Counted from the first letter of the stretch, positions 38,398 through 48,194 are shown. The stretch: DNA of 64,000 nucleotides from Hyalangium minutum (GCF_000737315.1 NZ_JMCB01000014.1:1-64000), one strand, 5' to 3'. Notes: generated by a model from the sequence alone, not told the origin. Numbers and translations are program-made.

Positions 38398-38940
38398 ATG
38401 GCAACCGTCCAAAAGTTCTTCATGGCGCCCGAAGACGAGGCCGCCTTCTTCCGCTTCCTCGAGCGCCTGGTGCTGGAGGTGTACCCCCGGCGCGTGCCCC
38501 CGGACTGGGAGACATTCCGAGCCTCCGAGGAGAACCTCCCCCGTCTCCCCGAGGAGGAGCTCTACCTGGTGGCCAGTGAGCTTGGCGCGGCCATCGTGGA
38601 CAAGGTGAAGCGCGGGCCCGACAAAGGGGCCTGGCGAATCGACGAGGTGCGCTCACCCGTCATCTTCATGGAGCGCTCGCGCAAGAACGAGGAGGGCGAG
38701 CTGCTCAACGGGGCGCTCTGGGCCGAGCTGGACATCACCCCGCAGACGGGCCGCAAGGACGCGGCGCCGGACCGATTCCGGCGCCTGTTCCTCGAGCTCC
38801 AGGAGTACCTGAAGAAGACCTACCGCAAGGGGGACCCCAAGGAGTTCCTCGTGGGTCCCAAAGCCGCGCGGCTCTTCAAGGAGGGGCTGGTGCTCCGCAA
38901 CTCGGAGCACCGTGGCGGCACCGTGGTGCCTTTTAAGTAA
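38398..38940 (+). CDS. Conserved hypothetical protein (180 aa)
   Basis: Strong GC3 bias. MATVQKFFMAPEDE...; divergent from the M32 gene. Confidence 0.7.
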   Translation: MATVQKFFMAPEDEAAFFRFLERLVLEVYPRRVPPDWETFRASEENLPRLPEEELYLVASELGAAIVDKVKRGPDKGAWRIDEVRSPVIFMERSRKNEEGELLNGALWAELDITPQTGRKDAAPDRFRRLFLELQEYLKKTYRKGDPKEFLVGPKAARLFKEGLVLRNSEHRGGTVVPFK

Positions 38941-39931
38941 GCCGCCGTGCCCGGGGGTTGACGATCTCGAAGTCCTCCTCCGTGGAGAGGAGATCCGCCG
39001 GTGGCCCCAACACCCGCGCTTCCAGCGCGGGCCCACCGTCTCGCAGCAAGGCCTGGAGCGCCTCGTACAAGGCCTTGCCGGTCGTGTAACGATCCTCGGG
39101 CTTCTTCGCGATCAGCCGCATGACGAGCTCACTGACCGCCGGAGGCACCCGCTCATCAATGGACGCGGGCGCCGGAGGCACCTTGAACTCGATCTCCGCG
39201 TTGAGCAACTCGCGGGGCAGCTCCAGCGGGAACGGCAGATGCCCGGCGAGCAGCTCGTACATCACCACGCCCAATGAGTAGAGATCATCAGTCACCTGGA
39301 ACGCGTAGTGCGCGTTCAGGTCCCCGAGGTGCAGGCGCTGGAACTGAATGGACTCCGGGGAGCGGTAGTGAGTCGTACCCGGAGGCAGCGCCCCCACCGT
39401 CAACTTGACGCTCTGGTCGTAGTCCGCCGAGCCGAAGTCCACCAGGATGGGCTCCGAATCCCGGGCCCGCACCAGGATGTTCGAGCTCTTCAAGTCCCGG
39501 TGGCGGATCTGCTCACCGTCGAGCGCATCCACCGCCAGCGCCAGCTTGGAGCTGAGTTCCAGCACCTGGCGGAAGGTGGGCTGGGCCCGGCGGCTCCACT
39601 CGGAGAGCGTCACCCCCTCTACGTGGTCCATCAACAGATAGGGGTAGCCCTGCGCTGGGTGAGGCCAGCGCCCGAAGGCGTACGTCCGCACCACATTCGG
39701 GTGCTGGATCTGCAGCAGGCACGCCAGCTCTTTGCGGAGCCGTTCGCCTGTCTTGTTCAGGTCATCGCTCTCTGGGCGCCGCAAGGAGAACTTGAGGGCG
39801 AACAAGTCCCCCTCGCACTCCACCAGGTAGACAGCCCCGAACGTGCCAGCCCCCAACCTCTTGCGGATGAGCCACGCGCCCACCCGCTCGCCCGAGCCCA
39901 GAAAGCCCGGGTGCACTCCATGTCCCAACAT
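38933..39931 (-). CDS. Ser/Thr protein kinase, kinase domain only (possibly C-terminally truncated)
   Basis: LGAGTFG, ALK, HRDLKSSN, DFG, YRSPE, DLYSLG. The stop overlaps the convergent gene by 8 bp. Confidence 0.8.
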   Translation of the reverse strand: MLGHGVHPGFLGSGERVGAWLIRKRLGAGTFGAVYLVECEGDLFALKFSLRRPESDDLNKTGERLRKELACLLQIQHPNVVRTYAFGRWPHPAQGYPYLLMDHVEGVTLSEWSRRAQPTFRQVLELSSKLALAVDALDGEQIRHRDLKSSNILVRARDSEPILVDFGSADYDQSVKLTVGALPPGTTHYRSPESIQFQRLHLGDLNAHYAFQVTDDLYSLGVVMYELLAGHLPFPLELPRELLNAEIEFKVPPAPASIDERVPPAVSELVMRLIAKKPEDRYTTGKALYEALQALLRDGGPALEARVLGPPADLLSTEEDFEIVNPRARRLT

Positions 39932-39952
39932 GCCTCGCCTCCTCCCCTACCC

Positions 39953-40074
39953 TACGTGTCAGGTAGGCATTGCGGCACCTTACCTGGCAGGTTGTCCCTT
40001 GGCCAGCACGAATGCGAGCCTTGACCTGTCCCAGTCTGAGGGACAGGTCTGACACACCCTACCTGGCAGGTTGT
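39953..40074. repeat. Array of ACCTG-N-CAGGT palindromic boxes
   Basis: TACCTGGCAGGTTGT at 39981 and 40060, variant TACGTGTCAGGT at 39953, inverted repeat GACCTGTCCC/GGGACAGGTC at 40023-40049. Confidence 0.7.
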
Positions 40075-40094
40075 GCGTGGAGCGGAGGACGCGC

Positions 40095-41720
40095 TCAGGT
40101 GCCGGTGGCGACCGAGGCGAGGTTGTGGAGCATGGGCGCCTCGTTGAGGAACTTCAGCTCCGGGTGCTTCTCCTCAGCGTGCTGCAGGGCCCAGTCATCG
40201 CGGAAGAGCACCAGCGGCAGGCCATCGCGGTCCTGCACCGTCTGCCGGTTGCCCTCCCAGTCGAACGCCTTGGGGTCGAAGTTGGGGCCCACCACCCAGC
40301 GCGCGTGGCTGAAGGGCAGCTTGTCCAAGGCAATCTTGGCGCCGTACTCGTGCTCGAGCCGGTACTGGAGCACCTCGAACTGGAGCGCGCCCACCACGCC
40401 CACGATGGGGTCCTTCATGCCCATCTGGAGCTGCTGGAAGATCTGCACCGTGCCCTCCTCGGAGAGCTGCTCCAGGCCCTTCTCCATCTGCTTGCGGCGC
40501 AGCGGGTCCTTGCTGCGCACCACGGCGAAGTGCTCGGGGCTGAAGCGCGGCACGCTCTCGAAGATGACGCCCGAGTCCTCCGCCAGCGAGTCCCCAATCC
40601 GGTACTGCCCCGGATCAAACAGGCCGATGACATCCCCAGGCCACGCGTCCTCGATGGCGGTGCGCTCGGCGGCGAGGAACTGGCTCGGCTTGGCCAGCCG
40701 CACCTCCTTGCCCAGCCGCGAGTGGTGCGCGCTCATGCCCTTCACGTAGCGGCCGGACACCACGCGCAGGAACGCGATGCGGTCGCGGTGCGCCGGGTCC
40801 ATGTTCGCTTGGATCTTGAAGATGAAGCCGGAGAACTTGGGCTGGGTGGGCAGCCGCGGTCCGTCCTTCGTCTGGCGCGAGGTGGGCGCCGGGGCCAGGT
40901 CCAGGAAGGCATCCAGGAAGGGCCGCACACCGAAGTTCGTCATCGCCGAGCCAAAGAACATGGGCGTCAGCTGCCCCGCGTCGCTCTTCTCGCGGGTGAA
41001 CACGTCTCCGCCCACATCCAGCAGCTCGATGTCCTCCTTGAGCTGCGCCAGCTCGCGCTCGTTGAGCACGGTGTGGATCTCCGGCGAGTCCAGCGGCACC
41101 GAGCGCTCGGACACCTCCTTCTCGCCGTGGTGGCCCTCCGCGCCGAAGACGTGGACCACGTTGGCCCGCCGGTCGTACACGCCCCGGAAGTCCGGCCCCA
41201 TGCCGATGGGCCAGTTCATCGGGTACGAGCGGATGCCGAGCACCTGCTCCAGCTCGTCCATCAAGTCCAGCGGAGCACGGCCGTACCGGTCCAGCTTGTT
41301 GACGAAGGTGAAGATGGGGATGCCACGCATGCGGCAGACCTTGAAGAGCTTCTTGGTCTGCGGCTCCACGCCCTTGGCGGCGTCGATGAGCATCACCGCC
41401 GAGTCCGCGGCGGCCAGCGTGCGGTAGGTGTCCTCGGAGAAGTCCTGGTGGCCCGGGGTGTCCAGCAGGTTCACCGCGTGGTCCCGGTAGACGAACTGGA
41501 GCACGGACGAGGTGACGGAGATGCCGCGCTCCTTCTCCAGCTCCATCCAGTCGCTGGTGGCGTGCCGCCGCGCCCGCTTGGCCTTCACGCTGCCGGCCAG
41601 GTGGATGGCTCCTCCGTAGAGCAGCAGCTTCTCGGTGAGGGTCGTCTTGCCCGCGTCGGGGTGGGAGATGATCGCAAAGGTGCGCCGCCGGGCGACTTCC
41701 TGCTCAAGGTCGGATGCCAT
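40095..41720 (-). CDS. prfC: Peptide chain release factor 3
   Basis: [58 protein letters not shown]. Confidence 0.96.
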   Translation of the reverse strand: MASDLEQEVARRRTFAIISHPDAGKTTLTEKLLLYGGAIHLAGSVKAKRARRHATSDWMELEKERGISVTSSVLQFVYRDHAVNLLDTPGHQDFSEDTYRTLAAADSAVMLIDAAKGVEPQTKKLFKVCRMRGIPIFTFVNKLDRYGRAPLDLMDELEQVLGIRSYPMNWPIGMGPDFRGVYDRRANVVHVFGAEGHHGEKEVSERSVPLDSPEIHTVLNERELAQLKEDIELLDVGGDVFTREKSDAGQLTPMFFGSAMTNFGVRPFLDAFLDLAPAPTSRQTKDGPRLPTQPKFSGFIFKIQANMDPAHRDRIAFLRVVSGRYVKGMSAHHSRLGKEVRLAKPSQFLAAERTAIEDAWPGDVIGLFDPGQYRIGDSLAEDSGVIFESVPRFSPEHFAVVRSKDPLRRKQMEKGLEQLSEEGTVQIFQQLQMGMKDPIVGVVGALQFEVLQYRLEHEYGAKIALDKLPFSHARWVVGPNFDPKAFDWEGNRQTVQDRDGLPLVLFRDDWALQHAEEKHPELKFLNEAPMLHNLASVATGT

Positions 41721-41837
41721 AACGGGAGGCCAACTATCACGCGTCGTGCGATTTTTCGCGTCCTTCGCGATCCGGGCTTGCTCCCTTGGGCCCCAGTGGC
41801 TCGAATCTGGACCTCTCGCCTCCCTCCAGGAGCAGCC

Positions 41838-42230
41838 ATGCAGAGGACCCACTACTCGACCGGAACCCCTTGGGAGCCTCGGGTGGGCTATTCGCGCGCA
41901 GTGCGCGTGGGCCCCTTCGTCTCCGTCACCGGCACCACCGCCACGGATGCCTCCGGCAAGGTGATTGGCGAGGGGGATATCTACGCCCAGGCCGTCCAGG
42001 CCCTGCGCAACATCCAGACCGCACTGGAGGCGCTGGGAGCCCGGATGGAGGATGTGGTCCGCACCCGCATGTACGTGACGGACATCTCCCGGTGGCAGGA
42101 GGTGGGCAAGGCCCACCACGAGTTCTTCGCTACCATCCTACCTGCCACGTCCATGGTGGAGGTCAGCCGCCTCATTGACCCGGTCATGCTGGTGGAGATC
42201 GAAGCGGACGCCATCTGTCCCGAGCGCTGA
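41838..42230 (+). CDS. RidA/YjgF family protein
   Basis: [37 protein letters not shown]. Confidence 0.9.
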   Translation: MQRTHYSTGTPWEPRVGYSRAVRVGPFVSVTGTTATDASGKVIGEGDIYAQAVQALRNIQTALEALGARMEDVVRTRMYVTDISRWQEVGKAHHEFFATILPATSMVEVSRLIDPVMLVEIEADAICPER

Positions 42231-42236
42231 AAACAG

Positions 42237-42270
42237 CAGCGCCGGGGGATCCGAAGATCCCCCGGCGCTG
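42237..42270. terminator. Bidirectional hairpin between convergent genes
   Basis: CAGCGCCGGGGGATC-CGAA-GATCCCCCGGCGCTG, perfect 15-bp stem. Confidence 0.75.
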
Positions 42271-42293
42271 GACTGTCACGCTCGCGAAGTCCG

Positions 42294-43421
42294 TTACAGC
42301 TCCGGGGTTACATCCCCCGGCACGGGCTCCGGCTCCGTCGGGGCATCGGGGAGCGGCGTGGCGTCGTCAGGATTGCCAGACGGCGGGTTGATCTCTCCAC
42401 CGAGGTCCGCGCCCGGGCAGGCGGCACGCGTGCCCAGCTCGGAGCCGGCGACCGTGGTGCACTCGGAGAGCGGCTGCCCCTTGGTGCACTGCCGCAGGAT
42501 GCGCCACTTCTCCATCTCCTGGGCGTCCCAGCACGTGCTGCCAATGAAGTACTTGTCGGCCGCGATGTCCCCGCCCGCGGCGTAGATGTCCGCGCGGCCA
42601 CCCGTGCCGGGGATCCACCGGATGGAGGCGAACACGTTCTCCTTCGCGGGGGTGGCCGTGTTCTTCAGGTTGTACGGGCCGAACACGCGCACGCGGCTGA
42701 TGCCCGACGGCATGCGGCGGTGGCCCACGAAGGCGCCGGTGACGGGCGCGTGGTTGGCCGGGTTCGGCGTGAAGCCATCCAGCCGGTAGCTCAGCACCTT
42801 GTCATTGCCCGCCGTGTGAGCGAACGAGGCCATCAGCTTGCCCTGGCCGGTGATGGCCGGCGCCACCGCCTTGAGGTTGTCCAGGTTGATGGCGATGGTG
42901 CCCCGGCCGCGGTGCGCCAGCACGCCCTTGGTCAGCCCGCCCGCCGCCACCACCTTGTACGCCGCGTCATCCGAGCTCCCCAGCGTCCGCGCCTCCAGCT
43001 TCCAGACGAAGCGCTGCGCCGTCACCTTCTTGATGGTGAACTTGTAGGTGGCGTTCGCACGGTCCGTGGGGCCGTACACCAGCACGTCGCCCGGCGAGGC
43101 CTCGGCGCCGCCCGCGTTCACCAGCTCCACGATGGGGGTGATGGCGTCCTTGAGCGCGGTGTTGAGCGCCTTGACCTGAACGCGCGCATTCTCGAGGAAC
43201 TCCGGCCCCGTGCCGTTGAGCTCGCCCTGGTTCACGCCGAAGCCCTCGGCGATCAGCGCGGCACCTTCCTCGCCCGCCGCCTGGCTGTTGATCTCCAGCG
43301 CGGTGCCGGACAGATCCGGCGTGGCCTCGGCGTACTCCTGGTCGTCCACCGCCGCGTCCTTGCCACACGCCGCCAGCACCAGCGCTGCCCCCAGCATCAT
43401 CGACTTGCTCATCCGCATCAT
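42294..43421 (-). CDS. Hypothetical lipoprotein
   Basis: SD AAGGAG, lipobox VLAAC, four C-terminal Cys, Pro-rich tail. Confidence 0.75.
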   Translation of the reverse strand: MMRMSKSMMLGAALVLAACGKDAAVDDQEYAEATPDLSGTALEINSQAAGEEGAALIAEGFGVNQGELNGTGPEFLENARVQVKALNTALKDAITPIVELVNAGGAEASPGDVLVYGPTDRANATYKFTIKKVTAQRFVWKLEARTLGSSDDAAYKVVAAGGLTKGVLAHRGRGTIAINLDNLKAVAPAITGQGKLMASFAHTAGNDKVLSYRLDGFTPNPANHAPVTGAFVGHRRMPSGISRVRVFGPYNLKNTATPAKENVFASIRWIPGTGGRADIYAAGGDIAADKYFIGSTCWDAQEMEKWRILRQCTKGQPLSECTTVAGSELGTRAACPGADLGGEINPPSGNPDDATPLPDAPTEPEPVPGDVTPEL

Positions 43422-43654
43422 GACCGTGCTCCTTCGGAATTTGAGAGTTGAGACCGCTCTGAGCGCCGTCACATCGCGCTCACGGCCTCTCAAACCCGGT
43501 GGGGTCCGGTTGGTTGCGGGGGGATTTTCCGAAGGGATTTTCCGGTTGATGGGTAGGACAGGACCCGACATTCGCCTGTCCGGCCTGGCGCTGTGCTAAA
43601 GCTCGGTCTGCCGAGCGGCGATGGACGCCGCCCCGCGCGCCTGTGGAGGCAACC

Positions 43655-43720
43655 ATGAACGCTCCCATTGATCTTGCCGCGGTCGCTGTCCTGTTCGCCC
43701 AGAGGGCGCAGGCCGCCTAG
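43655..43720 (+). CDS. Candidate leader peptide MNAPIDLAAVAVLFAQRAQAA
   Basis: SD GGAGG 6 nt upstream of the ATG; ends 97 nt before rsgA. Confidence 0.45.
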   Translation: MNAPIDLAAVAVLFAQRAQAA

Positions 43721-43817
43721 CCCGGCCCCCGAAGGCCCGTCGCAGCAGCCCGCCTCCCACTGGGTGCCCTGAAGAACCAGGTGCGCCGCAGGCACCGCTC
43801 TGTCCGGAGTCCTTCCC

Positions 43818-44915
43818 GTGTCATTCGTTTCGATTGAATCCCTCGGCTGGGGTGAAGACCTGGCCAACGCCTTCTCGCAGCTCCTCTCGCAGTCCCCTGT
43901 CCCCCTCGTCCCCGGCCGCGTGGTGCGCCAGGAGCGAGGGCTCCTCACCGTCCAGACCTCCGAGCGGGCCGTGCTCGCGCGAGCGGCTGGGCGGCTCCTC
44001 CACCAGGCCTCGAATGTCGAGGCACTGCCCACTGTCGGCGACTGGGTCGCGCTGCCACCGCCCTCCGGCGATGGCGAGGCGCTGCTCCACGCTGTCATCC
44101 CCCGCCGCAGCATCCTCAAGAGGCGCGAGGCAGGCAGCGAGCACGACGGTCAGCTCATCGCCGCCAACCTGGATGTGGTGTTCCTGGTGGCGGGGCTGGA
44201 TGGGAACTTCAACCCACGGCGCATCGAGCGGGCGCTCACCCTGGCCTGGGCCAGCGGTGCCATGCCCGTGGTGGTGCTCAGCAAAGCCGACCTGTGCCTG
44301 GAGGCCTCCGAGCGTGTCCTCGAAGTGGAGGCACTGGCACCCGGAGTCCCCGTGCTCGCGCTGAGTGCGCAGCAAGGCACGGGATTGGAGGAGCTGCTCG
44401 CGCAGCTGCCCGCGGGGAAGACCGGAGCGCTGCTGGGCTCATCGGGCGTGGGCAAGTCCACCCTGGTGAACCGGCTGCTGGAGGAGGCACGGCTGGCCAC
44501 CCAGCCCGTCCGTCCCGAGGACAACAAGGGCCGCCACACCACCACGCACCGGCAGCTCTTCGTGCTCCCCCAAGGGGGCCTGCTCATCGATGGGCCTGGG
44601 ATGCGTGAGCTCGGGCTGTGGGGCGACGAGGAGGAGGGCCTGAGCCAGGCCTTCTCGGACGTGCTCGTTCTGGCCGAAGGCTGCCGCTTCTCGGACTGCA
44701 CACACCAGCGCGAGCCGGGGTGTGCGGTGCGAGGCGCGGTGGAGACCGGCGAGCTCTCTCAAGAGCGGCTCCAGAGCTTCAAGAAGCTCCAGCGCGAGCA
44801 GGCCTACCAAGCGCGGCAGACCAGCAGCGCCGCGCAGCGTGAGCAGAAGCGCCTCGAGAAGAACCGCACCCTGGCGGGCTGGGAACACTCTCGAGCCAAG
44901 CGCCGCCGGGACTAG
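43818..44915 (+). CDS. rsgA: Ribosome small subunit-dependent GTPase A (long form)
   Basis: SKAD, GSSGVGKS, GRHTTT, IDGPG, Zn finger CRFSDCTHQREPGC. Confidence 0.93.
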   Translation: MSFVSIESLGWGEDLANAFSQLLSQSPVPLVPGRVVRQERGLLTVQTSERAVLARAAGRLLHQASNVEALPTVGDWVALPPPSGDGEALLHAVIPRRSILKRREAGSEHDGQLIAANLDVVFLVAGLDGNFNPRRIERALTLAWASGAMPVVVLSKADLCLEASERVLEVEALAPGVPVLALSAQQGTGLEELLAQLPAGKTGALLGSSGVGKSTLVNRLLEEARLATQPVRPEDNKGRHTTTHRQLFVLPQGGLLIDGPGMRELGLWGDEEEGLSQAFSDVLVLAEGCRFSDCTHQREPGCAVRGAVETGELSQERLQSFKKLQREQAYQARQTSSAAQREQKRLEKNRTLAGWEHSRAKRRRD

Positions 44916-44940
44916 CGGCTCACCGGCCGTAACCCCGGCG

Positions 44941-45456
44941 TCAGCCTGTTCGGAGCGCCGGGGTAACGGCCATTCCTCGGGGCCGGGTGTCCTTCCGGCC
45001 CGCGCGGATCAGCCCCCACCCCAGGCCCAGCAGCAGCACTCCCAAGGCGAGGAAGCCCAGATCCCACGCGAGCTGCCCCGCTCCCGGGTGCACATGATGG
45101 ATGCCGAGCAGCTGGTGGTCGATGAGCCCCTCCACCAGGTTGAACGCGCCCCAGCCAATGGCCACCCCTCCCACGAGCGTGCGGGTCGACCAAGGAACCT
45201 CGGGGCGCTGGCCCGCGCGCCACAGCAGAGCCAGTCCCAGCACGGTGACCAGCCACGTGAACGCGTGGAAGAGGCCGTCCCAGAACATGTTGACCTTGAT
45301 GCTCACCAAGTCCGTGGGCGGGAGCCGGGAGGAGAGCATGTGGTGCCACTGCAGAATCTGATGCAGCAGGATGCCGTCGAAGAAGCCGCCCAGGCCCGCA
45401 CCGAGCAGCACTCCCGCCGAGATGATCGCCCCGTGATGCCGTGCCCTCTCCACCAT
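44941..45456 (-). CDS. DUF2243-like membrane protein
   Basis: GGFFDGILLHQILQWHHML, DGLFHA, FNLVEGLIDHQLLGIHHV, WDLGF. Confidence 0.85.
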   Translation of the reverse strand: MVERARHHGAIISAGVLLGAGLGGFFDGILLHQILQWHHMLSSRLPPTDLVSIKVNMFWDGLFHAFTWLVTVLGLALLWRAGQRPEVPWSTRTLVGGVAIGWGAFNLVEGLIDHQLLGIHHVHPGAGQLAWDLGFLALGVLLLGLGWGLIRAGRKDTRPRGMAVTPALRTG

Positions 45457-45692
45457 CACCCCACCCTCCTCCCGTCCGCGCGTGGCGAGAGCCCAATGCG
45501 ATACAGCCACGCACTCAGCGCCCCAATGAGCAGGAAGGGCACCACCGCCATCACCAGATAGGTCCAGAAGCCCTCGCCCAGCACGGAGGCCTTCACCACT
45601 CGAGCGGTGGGGCAATCCGGGCAGGCAAGCGAGGCAGCGCTCACCCACAGGCCCGCGAGGAGCACCCAAGTCTGTGCGTGGTGTCTTCCCAT
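45456..45692 (-). CDS. Small membrane protein with CPDC motif
   Basis: Signal-like start, ACPDCPTAR, one TM; stop overlaps the next start by 1 bp. Confidence 0.6.
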   Translation of the reverse strand: MGRHHAQTWVLLAGLWVSAASLACPDCPTARVVKASVLGEGFWTYLVMAVVPFLLIGALSAWLYRIGLSPRADGRRVG

Positions 45693-45779
45693 GGAGAGCA
45701 CCCTTGGGATGAGGTGCTCGCATGGCAAGGTCCGCCAAGGGCGCCGCTGGGTTTCGGACGAAGGAGCGAGCCTGCCCGC

Positions 45780-46871
45780 TCAGTTGCGTCCCCACTGCCT
45801 CGGGCGCTCGAAGCGGAAGAAGCCACCGGCCTCCTCTTGGCCGATGATCTCGGCCTCGGTGCCGAAGTAGCGCGCGCGCAGCTCCTGGAGCTTCGTCTCC
45901 AGCGCGGGGCCGGAGAGCTGCTTGGCCAGGGCCTCGCGCTCCGCCATGTACTTCAGGCCCGAGTCCCAGCGCGAGTCACGGGTCTTGTCCAGATCGTCCC
46001 AGCGCTTCAGCGCCTCATCGTCCAGCCCCAGCTCCTTGCGGATGTTGCGCAGGCTCTGCGAGCGCTCTTGGGACGCCATCGCTGTCAGGTCCTTCTGCAC
46101 GGAGGGCAAGTCCAGGAAGCGGTTCATCGTCTCCTGGCGGTGCCGCTCCAGGTAGACCTCCGTCTGCTCTCCGTAGATCTCGTGGAGGCGCTGCTTGTAC
46201 GTGGACAGCTTCTGCGCCACGTTGGCGTCCTGCTTCGCGTCGATGGCGGAGAGCGAATCCGACAGGGCCTGGTTCTTCAGCTCGGAGGCCCAGATGCGCT
46301 CCGCGGTCTCCTTCCCGAAGAGCCGGTTGCGCGCGTCCCACATGGCGGTGCGGCGCTGTTGATCCGTGAGTCCGCGCAAGTACGAGTCGTTGTCGCGGAC
46401 CCACTTCTCGTAGTCCACGCGGTTGCGGAGCATGGCCGCCAGCTCGTCGTACATCTCCGGGAACGCCTTCTTGAGGAACGCGAGCAGTTCCTCCTGCCAG
46501 CGCTCCGGGCTCCGCTTCTGGAAGAACCGCATCAGGTCTTCCAGCATCTTGATCTGGATGTAGGGCTCCTTCAGCTTCGCGCCGAAGCGCTCGCGCATGA
46601 AGGTGGCCAGTTCCTCTAGCTCCTGGTCCGGATTGCCCGACAGGGTTGGAGCGACCGGCGCGGGCTCATTCCCAATTCCTGGCGCCCCACCCGGGCCCGA
46701 GACGGCTGCAGGCGGGGGAGGACGCTCCTCGCGAGCACTGGCGACGGGGGCCGCCGGAGGCGAGGACGGGGCCTCGGACTTGGAGCCCTGGAAGGAGAAG
46801 TACAGGCCCGCCAGCAGGGCTACACCGGCCACCGCCACGCCACCGACAATCTTCTGGCTCCGCGTGCTCAT
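45780..46871 (-). CDS. Probable lipase foldase/chaperone-like protein
   Basis: N-terminal TM, Pro/Ala linker, helical body with R..LFG..AE.IW and RARYF; directly downstream of the lipase. Confidence 0.65.
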   Translation of the reverse strand: MSTRSQKIVGGVAVAGVALLAGLYFSFQGSKSEAPSSPPAAPVASAREERPPPPAAVSGPGGAPGIGNEPAPVAPTLSGNPDQELEELATFMRERFGAKLKEPYIQIKMLEDLMRFFQKRSPERWQEELLAFLKKAFPEMYDELAAMLRNRVDYEKWVRDNDSYLRGLTDQQRRTAMWDARNRLFGKETAERIWASELKNQALSDSLSAIDAKQDANVAQKLSTYKQRLHEIYGEQTEVYLERHRQETMNRFLDLPSVQKDLTAMASQERSQSLRNIRKELGLDDEALKRWDDLDKTRDSRWDSGLKYMAEREALAKQLSGPALETKLQELRARYFGTEAEIIGQEEAGGFFRFERPRQWGRN

Positions 46872-46965
46872 GCGGCTCTCTGATTGCCACAAGCCGGGCA
46901 AGGTGGCGAGGGGGGCCGGGAAGGTCCGCCAGCGCGGACCCTCCGGGCGCCTCCGTGTGCTGCGA

Positions 46966-48081
46966 TCAGTCGAAGTAGGCGATGTAGTCGATGATGGCCG
47001 CGTAGAACTCGGGCTCATCGAACGTATCCGGGCCCACGCCGACCACGTCCAGGTGGTCCTGGATGATGACGCTCGAGGTGGAGGTCATCTGCGCGGACGT
47101 GGGTGCATTGAGGCTCGTGACCTGGCCAAGCGCCGAGTCGGTGCCCACGTAGTCGAAGCCGAGAGCGTTCTCGCTGTAGTAGAGCCGGTAGCCCATCTGC
47201 TGCGAGTTGATGCCCACCAGGCCGTCGTCATCGTTCTCGTTCTTGACGCCGTCGCCCTTGCCGCCAGCGCCGTCGTTGTCGCAGTCATCCACGCAGTAGC
47301 CATCCCCGTCGATGTCGAAGAAGAACTCCTTGAGCAGGTACAGGGCGGGGTTCACGCTGACACCGTACTGGGCCGTGAGGAGCGAGGCGTAGCGCGTGGC
47401 GTACGTGCTGCTCACAGGGTAGGAGGTGTTGAACGCCTTCATGCCCGTGGTCTTCCCATCGTTCGGGTCGAAGTCGTTGTAGACGAGCTGCTTGGCGCCA
47501 GCGATGCCGTCATTGCCAGACTGATAGATGATGTCGCCGTAGTAGCGAGCCAGCGTGTCGACGACGCTGGTGACGCCGGGCCCCAGCTTGAGGATGTACT
47601 GAGCCACGGGCGAGCCGCGGTGCGGCGAGGAGACGCTGATGGCTACCTTGACGGCGGTGTAGCCCTTGCGCTCGCGCAGCACGCGCGCGGCCTTGCGGAT
47701 GTCGATGCCGCCCTGCGAGTGCCCCACGAGGTTCACGTAGCTGGCGCCCGCCGTGGCCATGAAACCCTCGACATCATTGGCCAGATCCAGGCCGCGGACA
47801 TCCGAGGTCTGGAACGCCTGCACCTGAGCCACGAAGGCCTTCTGCGCGCTGTCGATGTCCTCGTTGCAGTAGGTCTCGAAGAGCTCGTCACAGGGGTCGC
47901 CCACGAACGTGCCGTAGTCATCTCCCCAATAGTCGTAGCCGAGGATGTTGTTGAAGCCGGCCATGCCGTGCGCGAACACGACGGGGTACGTCGTCTTCGC
48001 GGCGCCCGCGTGGGCGGGGGTGGACAGACCGAACGCGCTCACGGCCAGCAGTGACAGAAGCAGAGGCTGCGTGTGTCTCAT
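46966..48081 (-). CDS. Secreted triacylglycerol lipase (family I-like)
   Basis: Signal peptide. TYPVVFAHGMAG, GHSQGG, SPHRGS, DDGLV, DHLDVVG. Confidence 0.9.
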   Translation of the reverse strand: MRHTQPLLLSLLAVSAFGLSTPAHAGAAKTTYPVVFAHGMAGFNNILGYDYWGDDYGTFVGDPCDELFETYCNEDIDSAQKAFVAQVQAFQTSDVRGLDLANDVEGFMATAGASYVNLVGHSQGGIDIRKAARVLRERKGYTAVKVAISVSSPHRGSPVAQYILKLGPGVTSVVDTLARYYGDIIYQSGNDGIAGAKQLVYNDFDPNDGKTTGMKAFNTSYPVSSTYATRYASLLTAQYGVSVNPALYLLKEFFFDIDGDGYCVDDCDNDGAGGKGDGVKNENDDDGLVGINSQQMGYRLYYSENALGFDYVGTDSALGQVTSLNAPTSAQMTSTSSVIIQDHLDVVGVGPDTFDEPEFYAAIIDYIAYFD

Positions 48082-48194
48082 GCGGACTCCTGGGAATTGA
48101 TTTTCCAATCGGCCTTATCGCTGATTTTGAGAAGAAGTGGTGCTGGGTGGTTTCTCACCCAGTCAGCACGCAGTGCGTCAAACCCTGGCACTGT

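Noticed and set aside
40071-41837. Long in-frame 5' extension of the RidA ORF (and similar extensions of helicase, prfC, HD, M32, kinase and permease ORFs)
   Set aside because: Extensions overlap neighbouring genes; internal starts with SD sequences and family-typical N-termini fit better.
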